A DNA stretch of 63,593 nucleotides, the filler included, from Chthonomonadaceae bacterium (GTDB taxonomy: Bacteria; Armatimonadota; Chthonomonadetes; Chthonomonadales; Chthonomonadaceae), in assembly GCA_035650735.1 (NCBI GenBank). It is 5 parts of 5 records of this genome, joined end to end, with 100 filler letters (N's around TTAATTAATTAA, not from the genome) between each part and the next. Parts side by side here need not be neighbours in the genome. Positions count along the whole stretch, not along the records: positions 23,340 to 42,551 come from DASRGZ010000150.1; positions 42,652 to 53,077 come from DASRGZ010000153.1; 3 more parts are not named here. One strand, 5' to 3'. Both the position numbers and the translations under genes were made by a program. Below, one piece after another: positions 36,103 through 45,360 of this stretch. Positions within the stretch are counted from its first letter, which is position 1. Each line of letters starts with the position of its first letter. The notes beneath the pieces are model-generated. The model saw only the letters and a list, made by a program, of their open reading frames with translations, did no database searches and had not been told where the DNA came from.

Positions 36103-37391
36103 CCGGGGAGCGCCTTTCCCGGCTGGTCGTCAAAGTCGGCACCAGCACGCTGACCGACGCGCAGGGACGCCTGGATCGCGCCTTTATCGCCGATCTCACC
36201 GCGCAATTGGCCGCGCAGCGGGCGCAGGGACGCGACGTGCTGCTGGTCACATCCGGGGCCATTCGCGCCGGACGCGAGCGGCTCGCCTCCCGCCTGGAGC
36301 CGCGCGCGCCCTCTTCTCTGCCCCCTCCGCCCTCCGCCTCCCTGCCCTACAAGCAGGCGGCTGCCGCACTCGGACAGGGCCTGCTCATCCATACCTATAC
36401 CGAAGCCTTCGCCTGGCGCGGCGTGGACTGCGCCCAGGTGCTGCTCACCCGCGACGACCTCGGCGACCGCCGCCGCTTTCTCAACGCGCGCAACACGCTG
36501 GTGGCCCTGCTCTCGCTTGGGGTCATCCCGGTTATCAACGAGAACGATACCGTGGCCGTGGACGAGATCAAGTTCGGCGATAACGATACGCTGGCTGCGC
36601 TCGTCGCCACGCTCGTCGAGGCCGACCTGCTCCTGATCCTTTCCGACGTGGAGGGCCTCTATGAGCAGCCTCCCCTGGGGGAGCAGGAAAAAGAAACAGG
36701 GGCCGATGCAGAGCGGCAGCAGCGGTTTCTCAAAGCGAAGCAGGAGCGCAAAGAGGAAAAGGAAACAGCGCCCGGCGCAGAGGCCGAGTCCGGCGAAGCG
36801 TCCCCCCGCATTATCCGCACGGTCGCCTGCATTGATGAGACGATTGCGGCCCTGGCCGGCGACTCCGCGAGCGGGGTCGGCACCGGCGGCATGCGCACCA
36901 AGATTGAGGCGGCGCGCATCGCCGCGGCGGCGGGCATCCGCACCGTTATTGCGCCGGGGCGTCGGGAGCGCGTGGTCGCCGAAATCCTGGCCGGCGAGGA
37001 AGTCGGCACGACATTTTTGCCTCCTCCCCGCTCGGCACGCCTGCCCGCCCGCAAGCGCTGGATCGCCCACGGCGCTCGCCCGCGCGGCTACGTCACCGTC
37101 AATGCGCCCGCCAAAGAAAAGCTCATTGCCAGCGGCGTCAGCCTCCTGGCGGTCGGCATCGTCGGCGTGCATGGCGCTTTCACCAGTGGCGATCTGATCG
37201 AGGTACGCGATGAGGCGGGCCAGGTCTTCGCGCGCGGCATCACCAACTACGCCGCCGCCGAAGTGCGCCGCGTTCTGGGCCTGCGCAGCGAGCAGTTTGA
37301 GGCGGTGCTGGGATATCGCGGCTTTGAGGAGATCATCCACCGCGACAATTTGGTGGTAGACTGCCGGCCAGGAGCCAGAGGCAGCCAGTAG
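36042..37391 (+). CDS. proB: Glutamate 5-kinase with PUA domain
   Basis: VVKVGTS, NENDTV, FGDND, GTGGMRTK, IHRDNL; start uncertain. Confidence 0.93.
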   Translation: MGSGERRGGDAGQPPRGAALTGERLSRLVVKVGTSTLTDAQGRLDRAFIADLTAQLAAQRAQGRDVLLVTSGAIRAGRERLASRLEPRAPSSLPPPPSASLPYKQAAAALGQGLLIHTYTEAFAWRGVDCAQVLLTRDDLGDRRRFLNARNTLVALLSLGVIPVINENDTVAVDEIKFGDNDTLAALVATLVEADLLLILSDVEGLYEQPPLGEQEKETGADAERQQRFLKAKQERKEEKETAPGAEAESGEASPRIIRTVACIDETIAALAGDSASGVGTGGMRTKIEAARIAAAAGIRTVIAPGRRERVVAEILAGEEVGTTFLPPPRSARLPARKRWIAHGARPRGYVTVNAPAKEKLIASGVSLLAVGIVGVHGAFTSGDLIEVRDEAGQVFARGITNYAAAEVRRVLGLRSEQFEAVLGYRGFEEIIHRDNLVVDCRPGARGSQ

Positions 37392-37403
37392 AGGTCCGGC
37401 CCG

Positions 37404-38162
37404 TCAGCCGCGCTTGCCGAGCGCGACGAGGCCGCCGTCCACCACGATCTCCTCGCCGGTCAGCGCGCTGCCGTCTGTGACGAGGAAGCGCACCACGGCG
37501 GCCACATCCTCGACCGTCACCAACTGCCCGATATGGGTCTCCTGCGCTGCCTGCGCGATCATCTCACGGGGCCAGCCTGCAAAGCCCGTATCCACAAATC
37601 CGGGCGCGACGGCGTTGACCCGGATCTGCGGGGCGAAGGCGCGGGCCAGAGACTTGGTCATGGTGGCTAAGGCGGCCTTGGAGCCGGCATAGATGAGGGA
37701 ACTGCCGGTGCCCATGCGCCCGGCAATCGAGGTGATATTGACGATAAAGCCGCCCCCGTTCTGGAGCATATAGGGCACGGCGGCGCGGGCGCAGTAGATC
37801 GGGCCTTTGACGTTGACGGTCAGCGTCCGCTCCAGGACCTCCTCTGTCAGCCCGTCCAGATCGCGATGCGGCACGCGCTGAGTAAAGCCGGCATTGTTGA
37901 CCAGGATATCGAGCCGTCCAAATCGCTGCGCGGCAGCATCCATGAGCGCGCGGGCCTCGGTATCCCGGCTCACATCGGCGCGCACGGCCACCGCACGGTG
38001 CCCCTGGCTTTCTATCTGCTGGGCGACTGCCTCGGCCTCGGCCTGCGATTGGGAATAGTTGACCACGACGGCGGCTCCTTCCCCGGCCAGCGCCAGACAG
38101 GTCGCCCGTCCGATTCCGGTGCCGCCGCCGGTAACCACGGCGACGCGGTTGTCGAGTTTCAC
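37404..38162 (-). CDS. SDR-family oxidoreductase
   Basis: TGGGTGIG, NNAG, YAGSK, NAVAPG; GTG start after GGAG. Confidence 0.92.
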   Translation of the reverse strand: MKLDNRVAVVTGGGTGIGRATCLALAGEGAAVVVNYSQSQAEAEAVAQQIESQGHRAVAVRADVSRDTEARALMDAAAQRFGRLDILVNNAGFTQRVPHRDLDGLTEEVLERTLTVNVKGPIYCARAAVPYMLQNGGGFIVNITSIAGRMGTGSSLIYAGSKAALATMTKSLARAFAPQIRVNAVAPGFVDTGFAGWPREMIAQAAQETHIGQLVTVEDVAAVVRFLVTDGSALTGEEIVVDGGLVALGKRG

Positions 38163-38327
38163 GCTTTCTTCTCTCCTCCGACGTTCGATTGCTTGATACA
38201 AGTAGCCTTATCTTCGCCATTGGCGCGGATACTTCCTGATAGACAATCCAAAGAACTTCGCATCCTCGCAGGGTGATCTCCACCTGAGCCTGGTGCGGCG
38301 TCTGCCGGATGGCTCTATGAGGTCAGG

Positions 38328-38786
38328 ATGCATACGTCAAACTCGATTGACATACGCGGTGACGCCGAACGCATTTACGGGCGCATCTACCAGCTTGCCG
38401 CCGACATCCAGGACTGGCCGACTCTCCTGCCGCACTACCGCTATCTGCGCGTCCTGGAGCAGTCTCCCACGCACAAAATCGCCGACTTCGGCGCCTCCCG
38501 CGACGGCTTCCCGGTCAAATGGCGGGCGCAGCAGGAGCTATTTCCCGACGAGGGACGTATCACCTATCAACATACCGGCGGCATCACAAAAGGGATGCGG
38601 GTGGAGTGGCGTTTGCAGAAGCGGGGCGACCATGTCCACGTCGCCATTGACCACGAACTGAGCTATCCCGTTCCCGTTCTCGGCCCGCTGTTCGCGCACT
38701 ACATCGTCGGCAGCCTGTTCGTGCGCAATATTGCCGGGAAAACCTTGCGCTGCATCAAATCCAAAGTCGAATCCGAACTGGCCTGA
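38328..38786 (+). CDS. SRPBCC / polyketide cyclase-like protein
   Basis: AADIQDWPTLLPHY..., START-fold-type pattern; GAGG RBS. Confidence 0.8.
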   Translation: MHTSNSIDIRGDAERIYGRIYQLAADIQDWPTLLPHYRYLRVLEQSPTHKIADFGASRDGFPVKWRAQQELFPDEGRITYQHTGGITKGMRVEWRLQKRGDHVHVAIDHELSYPVPVLGPLFAHYIVGSLFVRNIAGKTLRCIKSKVESELA

Positions 38787-38928
38787 ACCAGTGAAGTGCA
38801 AGGAGATTATCGGCGCGTGGTGGAAACATCAGGCAGCGGCAAGCCGGTGTATGTCGTCGGAGTTTTGGGGGCAGAATAGCGAGTACAAAGTAACCCTTCT
38901 CTGTCTGATTACCGCAAGGAGGAACACC

Positions 38929-39162
38929 ATGACGGCCCAGCCGTCGCATTCCCAAGAGGCGTTCATCGGCCTCAAGCCGGACCTGGCAGCCGCTTACCAG
39001 CAGATGGCTGCGGAGGAAGAGCGGGAAGCCGAAGCCCTGGAATGGGCGGAAGAGACGCTGGAGGATATAACTAACTCAAGTTGCTACCTTGCCTCTTCGA
39101 GAAGGCAAACGGTGATGCAAAAGCCGGTTTCCAGAGCGATTCTCTCTCAAACGTGTTCCTAG
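38929..39162 (+). CDS. Small antitoxin-like protein, 3' end interrupted by a MITE
   Basis: AAGGAGG RBS; LAAAYQQMAAEEEREAEALEW recalls antitoxins found upstream of MazF/PemK genes (from memory). Confidence 0.45.
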   Translation: MTAQPSHSQEAFIGLKPDLAAAYQQMAAEEEREAEALEWAEETLEDITNSSCYLASSRRQTVMQKPVSRAILSQTCS

Positions 39163-39178
39163 GTAGCAACTTGGGTTA
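39072..39178. mobile_element. 107-bp MITE-like element
   Basis: 18-bp inverted repeats TAACTCAAGTTGCTACCT / AGGTAGCAACTTGGGTTA with one mismatch. Confidence 0.6.
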
Positions 39179-39209
39179 ACTAATCTGCCTGAAAGGAAAC
39201 GGGACTAAG

Positions 39210-39479
39210 ATGAGCAAAGCAACACTGGACAAAGTGGTAGAAGAACTCAAGGGCTTATCCCCTGAGGAGCAGCGGCAGGTGCGCGATCTACTCGACGCCT
39301 GGCTCTCCGTTCCCGCTTCCTCTGCCGGTGAGCAGGCCCTGGCTCAAGCACTCCTCAAGGCCGGGCTGCTCAGCCATATCCCGCCGCCGATTACAGACCT
39401 AACGCCCTATCCGAACCGAACTCCCATACCCGTACGGGGCAAGCTGGTCTCGGAAACCCTGGTGGAAGAGCAAGGATGA
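39210..39479 (+). CDS. Small hypothetical protein, antitoxin-like
   Basis: LSPEEQRQV N-terminus and GKLVSETLVEE C-terminus resemble proteins that precede VapC genes (from memory). Confidence 0.5.
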   Translation: MSKATLDKVVEELKGLSPEEQRQVRDLLDAWLSVPASSAGEQALAQALLKAGLLSHIPPPITDLTPYPNRTPIPVRGKLVSETLVEEQG

Positions 39480-39958
39480 ATAAATCTCAATTTATAGACA
39501 GGATACGCCGTACACGGGCAGAAGGGGACGCCTTGATTGCGCAGATGGATGATGCGCAGATGGTTCAAGCAGGGATCTCAGGGGAGTGGTCTGCGAAGGA
39601 TATTCTCGCGCATATCACCTGGCATGAGCGTGAGATGATCAAGGTATTGCAGGCGCGTGCCCTGATCGGCTCCGAACTCTGGGCGCTGCCCCCGGATCAA
39701 CGCAATGACACCATATACGAGGAGAATAAGGCGCGTCCGTTACAGGAAGTCCGCGACGAAGCGCGACAGGTGTTTGCTCTGCTTTGGTCGTTGCTGGAAT
39801 CGCTTTCAGAAGAAGATTTGCATGACCCATACCGGTTTGCGGAAATGCCCGTTGACTGGCAGCCCTGGCAAGTGATTGCCAGCAACACCTACGAGCATTA
39901 CGAGCACCATATTCGACAGGTCCGGGCATGGCTGACTCAAGAAATGCCCTCGCCTTGA
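39476..39958 (+). CDS. DinB/ClbS/DfsB-like four-helix bundle protein
   Basis: WSAKDILAHITW and HYEHH motifs. Confidence 0.82.
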   Translation: MNKSQFIDRIRRTRAEGDALIAQMDDAQMVQAGISGEWSAKDILAHITWHEREMIKVLQARALIGSELWALPPDQRNDTIYEENKARPLQEVRDEARQVFALLWSLLESLSEEDLHDPYRFAEMPVDWQPWQVIASNTYEHYEHHIRQVRAWLTQEMPSP

Positions 39959-40017
39959 GAGCCGGGGCACGCTGTCAGGGAAAACCACTACCCATTGCTC
40001 TTTTTATCTTACTTCTT

Positions 40018-41301
40018 ATGGCACAGTCTGATCCAACAAGAGCGCAGGCGCACACAGACTTCCGGCGCGTAGTCATCACCGGGATCGGAGCAATCACGCC
40101 TATCGGCAGTGGGCCGGACGGGCTGTGGGAGGGCGTGCGCTGCGCCCGCTCCGCCGTCGGTCCCGTGACCTGTTTCGACGCCAGCCCATTCGCCTGCCGC
40201 ATCGCCGCCGAAGTCCACGATTTCGATCCCGCCGACTACCTCGAAGGCAAGGCGCTCAAGCGCCTGGATCGCTGCTCGCAGTTCGCCCTTGCCGCCAGCC
40301 GGCAGGCCGTCGCCGATACGCGGCTGGATTTAGCGCAGGAAGAGCCGGGGCGTATCGGCGTGTGCATCGGCAGCGCACTTGGCGGGGCGGCCTGGGCCGA
40401 AGAGCAGCACGCCCTCTATCTCTCGGAAGGGCCGCGCGCCGTCAGCCCCATGCTGGCGCTGCAAATGTTTGTCGGCGCGGGAAGCTGCAACGTCGCCATC
40501 ACGCTCGGATTGCGCGGCTACAGCACCTCCAACGCCGACTCCTGCGCCTCCGGCGCTATCGCCCTCGGCAACGCCTGGCACGCCATTCGCCGCGGCGACG
40601 CCGACGTGATGCTTGCGGGCGGCGCAGAAGTCCCACTCGCCCCGCTCTGCTTCGGCGCGTTCTCGCTCATTCGCGCCATGTCCACCCGCAACGACGACCC
40701 TGCCTGCGCCTGCCGCCCCTTCGACCGCGACCGCGACGGCTTCGTGATGGGCGAGGGCGCTGCCGTTCTCGTCCTGGAGGAGCGCGAACACGCATTGCGG
40801 CGTGGCGCGCGCCTCTATGCTGAACTCGTCGGGTTCGCCTGCACCAACGATGCCCACCACATGACCTCTCCGCGCCCGGATGCCGCCAGCGCCGCCGACT
40901 GCATTCGCAAAGCCCTGGCGGTCGCGCAGGTAGCGCCGGAGGAAGTAGACTACGTGAACGCGCACGGCTCCTCCACGCCCCTGAACGATGTCACGGAAAC
41001 CCGCGCGCTCAAGCTGGCGCTGGGAGAAGCGAACGCCCGCCGCATCCCCATCAGCGCGACGAAGGCCATGCACGCGCACGCGCTCGGCGCAACCGGCGCG
41101 ATAGAGGCCGCCATCTGCTGCCTGGCCCTGAAGCACGACTGGATTCCGCCTACCATCAATCTGTTCACGCCCGACCCGGAATGCGACCTGGACTACGTTC
41201 CCCACGTAGGACGTGCCGCTCCACTGGACGTCGTGCTCTCCAACTCGTTCGGCTTCGGCGGCATCAACGCCGCCCTCGTCTTCCGCCGCAGCGGGGAGTA
41301 G
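40018..41301 (+). CDS. Beta-ketoacyl-ACP synthase II / type II PKS KS-like
   Basis: RRVVITGIG, catalytic Cys in DSCASG, HGSST, KAMHAH, SNSFGFGG. Confidence 0.9.
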   Translation: MAQSDPTRAQAHTDFRRVVITGIGAITPIGSGPDGLWEGVRCARSAVGPVTCFDASPFACRIAAEVHDFDPADYLEGKALKRLDRCSQFALAASRQAVADTRLDLAQEEPGRIGVCIGSALGGAAWAEEQHALYLSEGPRAVSPMLALQMFVGAGSCNVAITLGLRGYSTSNADSCASGAIALGNAWHAIRRGDADVMLAGGAEVPLAPLCFGAFSLIRAMSTRNDDPACACRPFDRDRDGFVMGEGAAVLVLEEREHALRRGARLYAELVGFACTNDAHHMTSPRPDAASAADCIRKALAVAQVAPEEVDYVNAHGSSTPLNDVTETRALKLALGEANARRIPISATKAMHAHALGATGAIEAAICCLALKHDWIPPTINLFTPDPECDLDYVPHVGRAAPLDVVLSNSFGFGGINAALVFRRSGE

Positions 41302-41482
41302 GCAGCCCTCAGCCGCAAGAGCCAGCAAGGTTCAGGAGGCTTTTGCGCACACGAGCCAAAAGGCGCTTCGCGTCGCTTACGCCCGGCTGCCGCCCTTCAC
41401 CCCGACACCTTTCGACTCAGTTAAAAACACTTAGACGCAGTTGGACTCAGTTTGCCTCACTCTTTAACAAAAAGATTGCTAA

Positions 41483-42551
<1,069 letters not shown>

Positions 42552-42651
42552 NNNNNNNNNNNNNNNNNNNNNNNNNNNNNNNNNNNNNNNNNNNNTTAAT
42601 TAATTAANNNNNNNNNNNNNNNNNNNNNNNNNNNNNNNNNNNNNNNNNNNN
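42552..42651. other. Artificial contig linker
   Basis: N-run containing TTAATTAATTAA. Confidence 0.98.
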
Positions 42652-42978
42652 CAGGGGAACGCCATCGGAGAGGATGCCGGCCAGCGGCTTGATGTAGATG
42701 GGAAAGTTGCCGGCGGCGAAGAACCAGGCGGTCGCATGCGGCGGCAGGCCCAGATGATCCTTGAGCAGATACCTGAGGGGCAGGTCGGCGATGCCCATTG
42801 CCAGCGCCGTTCCCAGCCAGCCCACGCCGATCAGCAGCGCATCGCGGCGCAGGCTATCTGACGCCTCCGCCCGATCTGGCGGGAGGGAGACGGCCGCCAG
42901 CGCCTCTTCATCGCTCTTGGTGTCGGTGCGCACCGTCTCCATCCGCAGCCTCCCGCCCGCGCCAGTATCCGTAGACAC
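42652..42978 (-). CDS. MFS/BT1-like transporter, N-terminal part only
   Basis: LRYLLKDHLGL..IKPLAGILSDGVPL resembles the folate-biopterin transporter N-terminus. Confidence 0.65.
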
Positions 42979-42980
42979 TT

Positions 42981-44324
42981 TCAGTCGGACAGGGCGCGTC
43001 CGCGCGTCTCAATGACCCAGGGCATAGCCAGCAGGCCGATCAGGGGCACGACGCCGACCCAAAAAAGAGTGGACATTACTGCATTGCTGCCCCGCGCGGC
43101 GATAGAGCCGACCAGGAACGGACCGATGGCCGCAACGATCCGCCCCACGTTATAGCAGAAGCCCGCGCCCGTGCCGCGCAAACGCGTCGGGAACAGCTCC
43201 GGTAGGTAGTAGGTGAAGCTGCCAAAGACGCCAAAGACCGTCAGCCCGATTGGGAAGTACATATACAGGCGCGTCACCGGGGATAGATCCAGCCCGAAGG
43301 CCGCCATGAGAGAGACCGCCGAGAGCAGGAAGTAGATGGCAAACATCGGTTTGCGGCCCAGGTATTTGGAGGCCGGCACGGTCAGCAGCGTCCCGATCAG
43401 CCCGCCGATATTGAAGCTGTTGGTCGCCAGCACCTTCCAGTTCTCGACCAGCTTGAGCGTGGCGGCCTTATCCAGGCCCTGAGTTGTGGCGCTTGTCTGG
43501 GCCAGCCCCGTCGCTACCGTCGGAATGAAGGCGTTGCAGCTCCACCAGGCGACGAGCGCCACCACGGCCATGCTGAAACCGCTGAACGTGATTGCGCGGT
43601 ACTCCGGCCGGAACAGCTCCGACACAGCCGGAGGAGCGACCCGCGACGCCGCATTGCGCCACCGCTCCGGCTCCTTGATAAAGAGACGCACCAGGAAGGC
43701 GACGGCCGCCGGGATCAGGCCGGACAGGAAGACGTAGCGCCAGGAGAGCTCCGGTTCCCCCTTCAGGTAGATGCCGGCTATCTGGAAGTTGACAAAGGTT
43801 GCCAGGAACAGGCCGAACGGCGCGGAGGTATAGAGCAGCGCTCCGGCCTCCACCCGCCGCTTCTCCGGCACGACCTCGGCCACCATGGACGCTCCGGCTG
43901 CCCACTCGCCGCCAATGCCGAGGCTGGCGACGATGCGGCAGAGCATCAATATCCAGATATTGGGGGCCAGCGCGCAGGCCGCCGTGCCGAGCGCATAGAG
44001 CGTCATCGTCAGCATCAGCGTTTTCGTGCGCCCGATATGGTCGGCCACCTTGCCAAACAGGATGCCGCCAATGGCCCATCCCACCAGCAGCACGGAGGTG
44101 AGCAAGCCTCCCCATTGCAGCGTCGCCGCCTTGGCGGCGGGCGAGCCGATGGGAAGATGCAGCAGCGTCGGCACGCAGTTGGGCGCGACGTAATTGAAGA
44201 GCAGACCATCAAAGACGTCGAAGCCCCAGCCGAGCCAGGCCGCAAAGAGCACCGTCCACTGGTAGGCGTTCATATCGAGCAGTGTGCGGCTTCGGGCGCC
44301 CGCAACGCTCGTTGGTGTGCCCAT
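42981..44324 (-). CDS. MFS transporter
   Basis: GWGFDVFD, ADHIGR, GIGGEW, ELFPTRLRGTG. Confidence 0.93.
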   Translation of the reverse strand: MGTPTSVAGARSRTLLDMNAYQWTVLFAAWLGWGFDVFDGLLFNYVAPNCVPTLLHLPIGSPAAKAATLQWGGLLTSVLLVGWAIGGILFGKVADHIGRTKTLMLTMTLYALGTAACALAPNIWILMLCRIVASLGIGGEWAAGASMVAEVVPEKRRVEAGALLYTSAPFGLFLATFVNFQIAGIYLKGEPELSWRYVFLSGLIPAAVAFLVRLFIKEPERWRNAASRVAPPAVSELFRPEYRAITFSGFSMAVVALVAWWSCNAFIPTVATGLAQTSATTQGLDKAATLKLVENWKVLATNSFNIGGLIGTLLTVPASKYLGRKPMFAIYFLLSAVSLMAAFGLDLSPVTRLYMYFPIGLTVFGVFGSFTYYLPELFPTRLRGTGAGFCYNVGRIVAAIGPFLVGSIAARGSNAVMSTLFWVGVVPLIGLLAMPWVIETRGRALSD

Positions 44325-44340
44325 AAAGTCCTCCCTAGGC

Positions 44341-45312
44341 TCAGCGGGTTACGATCTCGCCCATACGAACGACCTCAAAATCCCGGCCTTTAACCCGCTT
44401 CAGCGTCGCCAACTCCTCATCATTCCAGCGCGGATCGGGCGCCCCGCTCACAAACCAGTCGCCGCCGTTGTCGGCCACGATCATGCCGTATTTCTTCAGC
44501 GCCGTCAGAATCACGCGCGCCGCCGACGGAAACTGGGAGATATCGTAGGAAGCCTTCAGCCGCACGCGCATTCCCATCGGCGGCAGGTTGGGATCGGTGC
44601 GGGAACTGGCGTAGTGCCGGGCGGGAAAGACGTAGGCGCGGCGGGAGCGCTCCACCGTAAAGCGCAGGGCGTGTCGGATCGCCTTCTGCTCGAATACCTC
44701 GTCGTAGCGCACCAGGCCGGGAAAGATGGGCAGGCCCGCCGCGTCTGCCGACGTCCAGCCTGCCGGGCGCAGCGTGTTAGCGTTCAGATCGAAAATCGCT
44801 CCCGAACCCGCGCGCCAGCCGTTGCCCTCGGGAGCGGCGGCAAAGAGCTCGTAGAGCTTCCAGTGGTCCCGGTCTATCACCAGCACGTGCCGATCTCCCT
44901 CGGAATGCGGCCCTCCCTCGATGGGAGCGTTGGGAGGGATAGGATAAGGGCCGGGATCGCTCTCGTCGGGGTAGGCGAAGCGCACCGGCACCTTCGGCTG
45001 TGTGCCGGGCACAACCACATAGGGGATACCGCTGGGAGCGCCGTTGTAGACGGTGCCGAAGTCGGGATGCAGGCTCTTATCCAGGCCGATGCTGGCGATC
45101 AGGGCGTCCGAGTTGGGGTCAACCGGCAACCGAGAAATATCCTGGTTCCAGGGATTATCCTCAGGAAAAACCCGCTTCCCATGCAGGCTTGCGCCGACGC
45201 CCAGATCCGGCGTTCGCTGCGCAGCATGTCGCCCTGCCGACCGCGCGCATACTCCCCAGAGCAAACTCACACCGAACAATCCGGCGCAGAGCGCCCACTG
45301 ATACCGTGTCAT
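44341..45312 (-). CDS. Secreted hypothetical protein
   Basis: Signal peptide; motif-like DESDPGPYP, GDRHVLV, GWTSADAAGLP, ALKKYGM..ADNG; AAGGA RBS. Confidence 0.8.
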   Translation of the reverse strand: MTRYQWALCAGLFGVSLLWGVCARSAGRHAAQRTPDLGVGASLHGKRVFPEDNPWNQDISRLPVDPNSDALIASIGLDKSLHPDFGTVYNGAPSGIPYVVVPGTQPKVPVRFAYPDESDPGPYPIPPNAPIEGGPHSEGDRHVLVIDRDHWKLYELFAAAPEGNGWRAGSGAIFDLNANTLRPAGWTSADAAGLPIFPGLVRYDEVFEQKAIRHALRFTVERSRRAYVFPARHYASSRTDPNLPPMGMRVRLKASYDISQFPSAARVILTALKKYGMIVADNGGDWFVSGAPDPRWNDEELATLKRVKGRDFEVVRMGEIVTR

Positions 45313-45360
45313 TCGTATTTTCCTTACTCCTCTGACGCAACACCCAGGATTTGCCGGATA

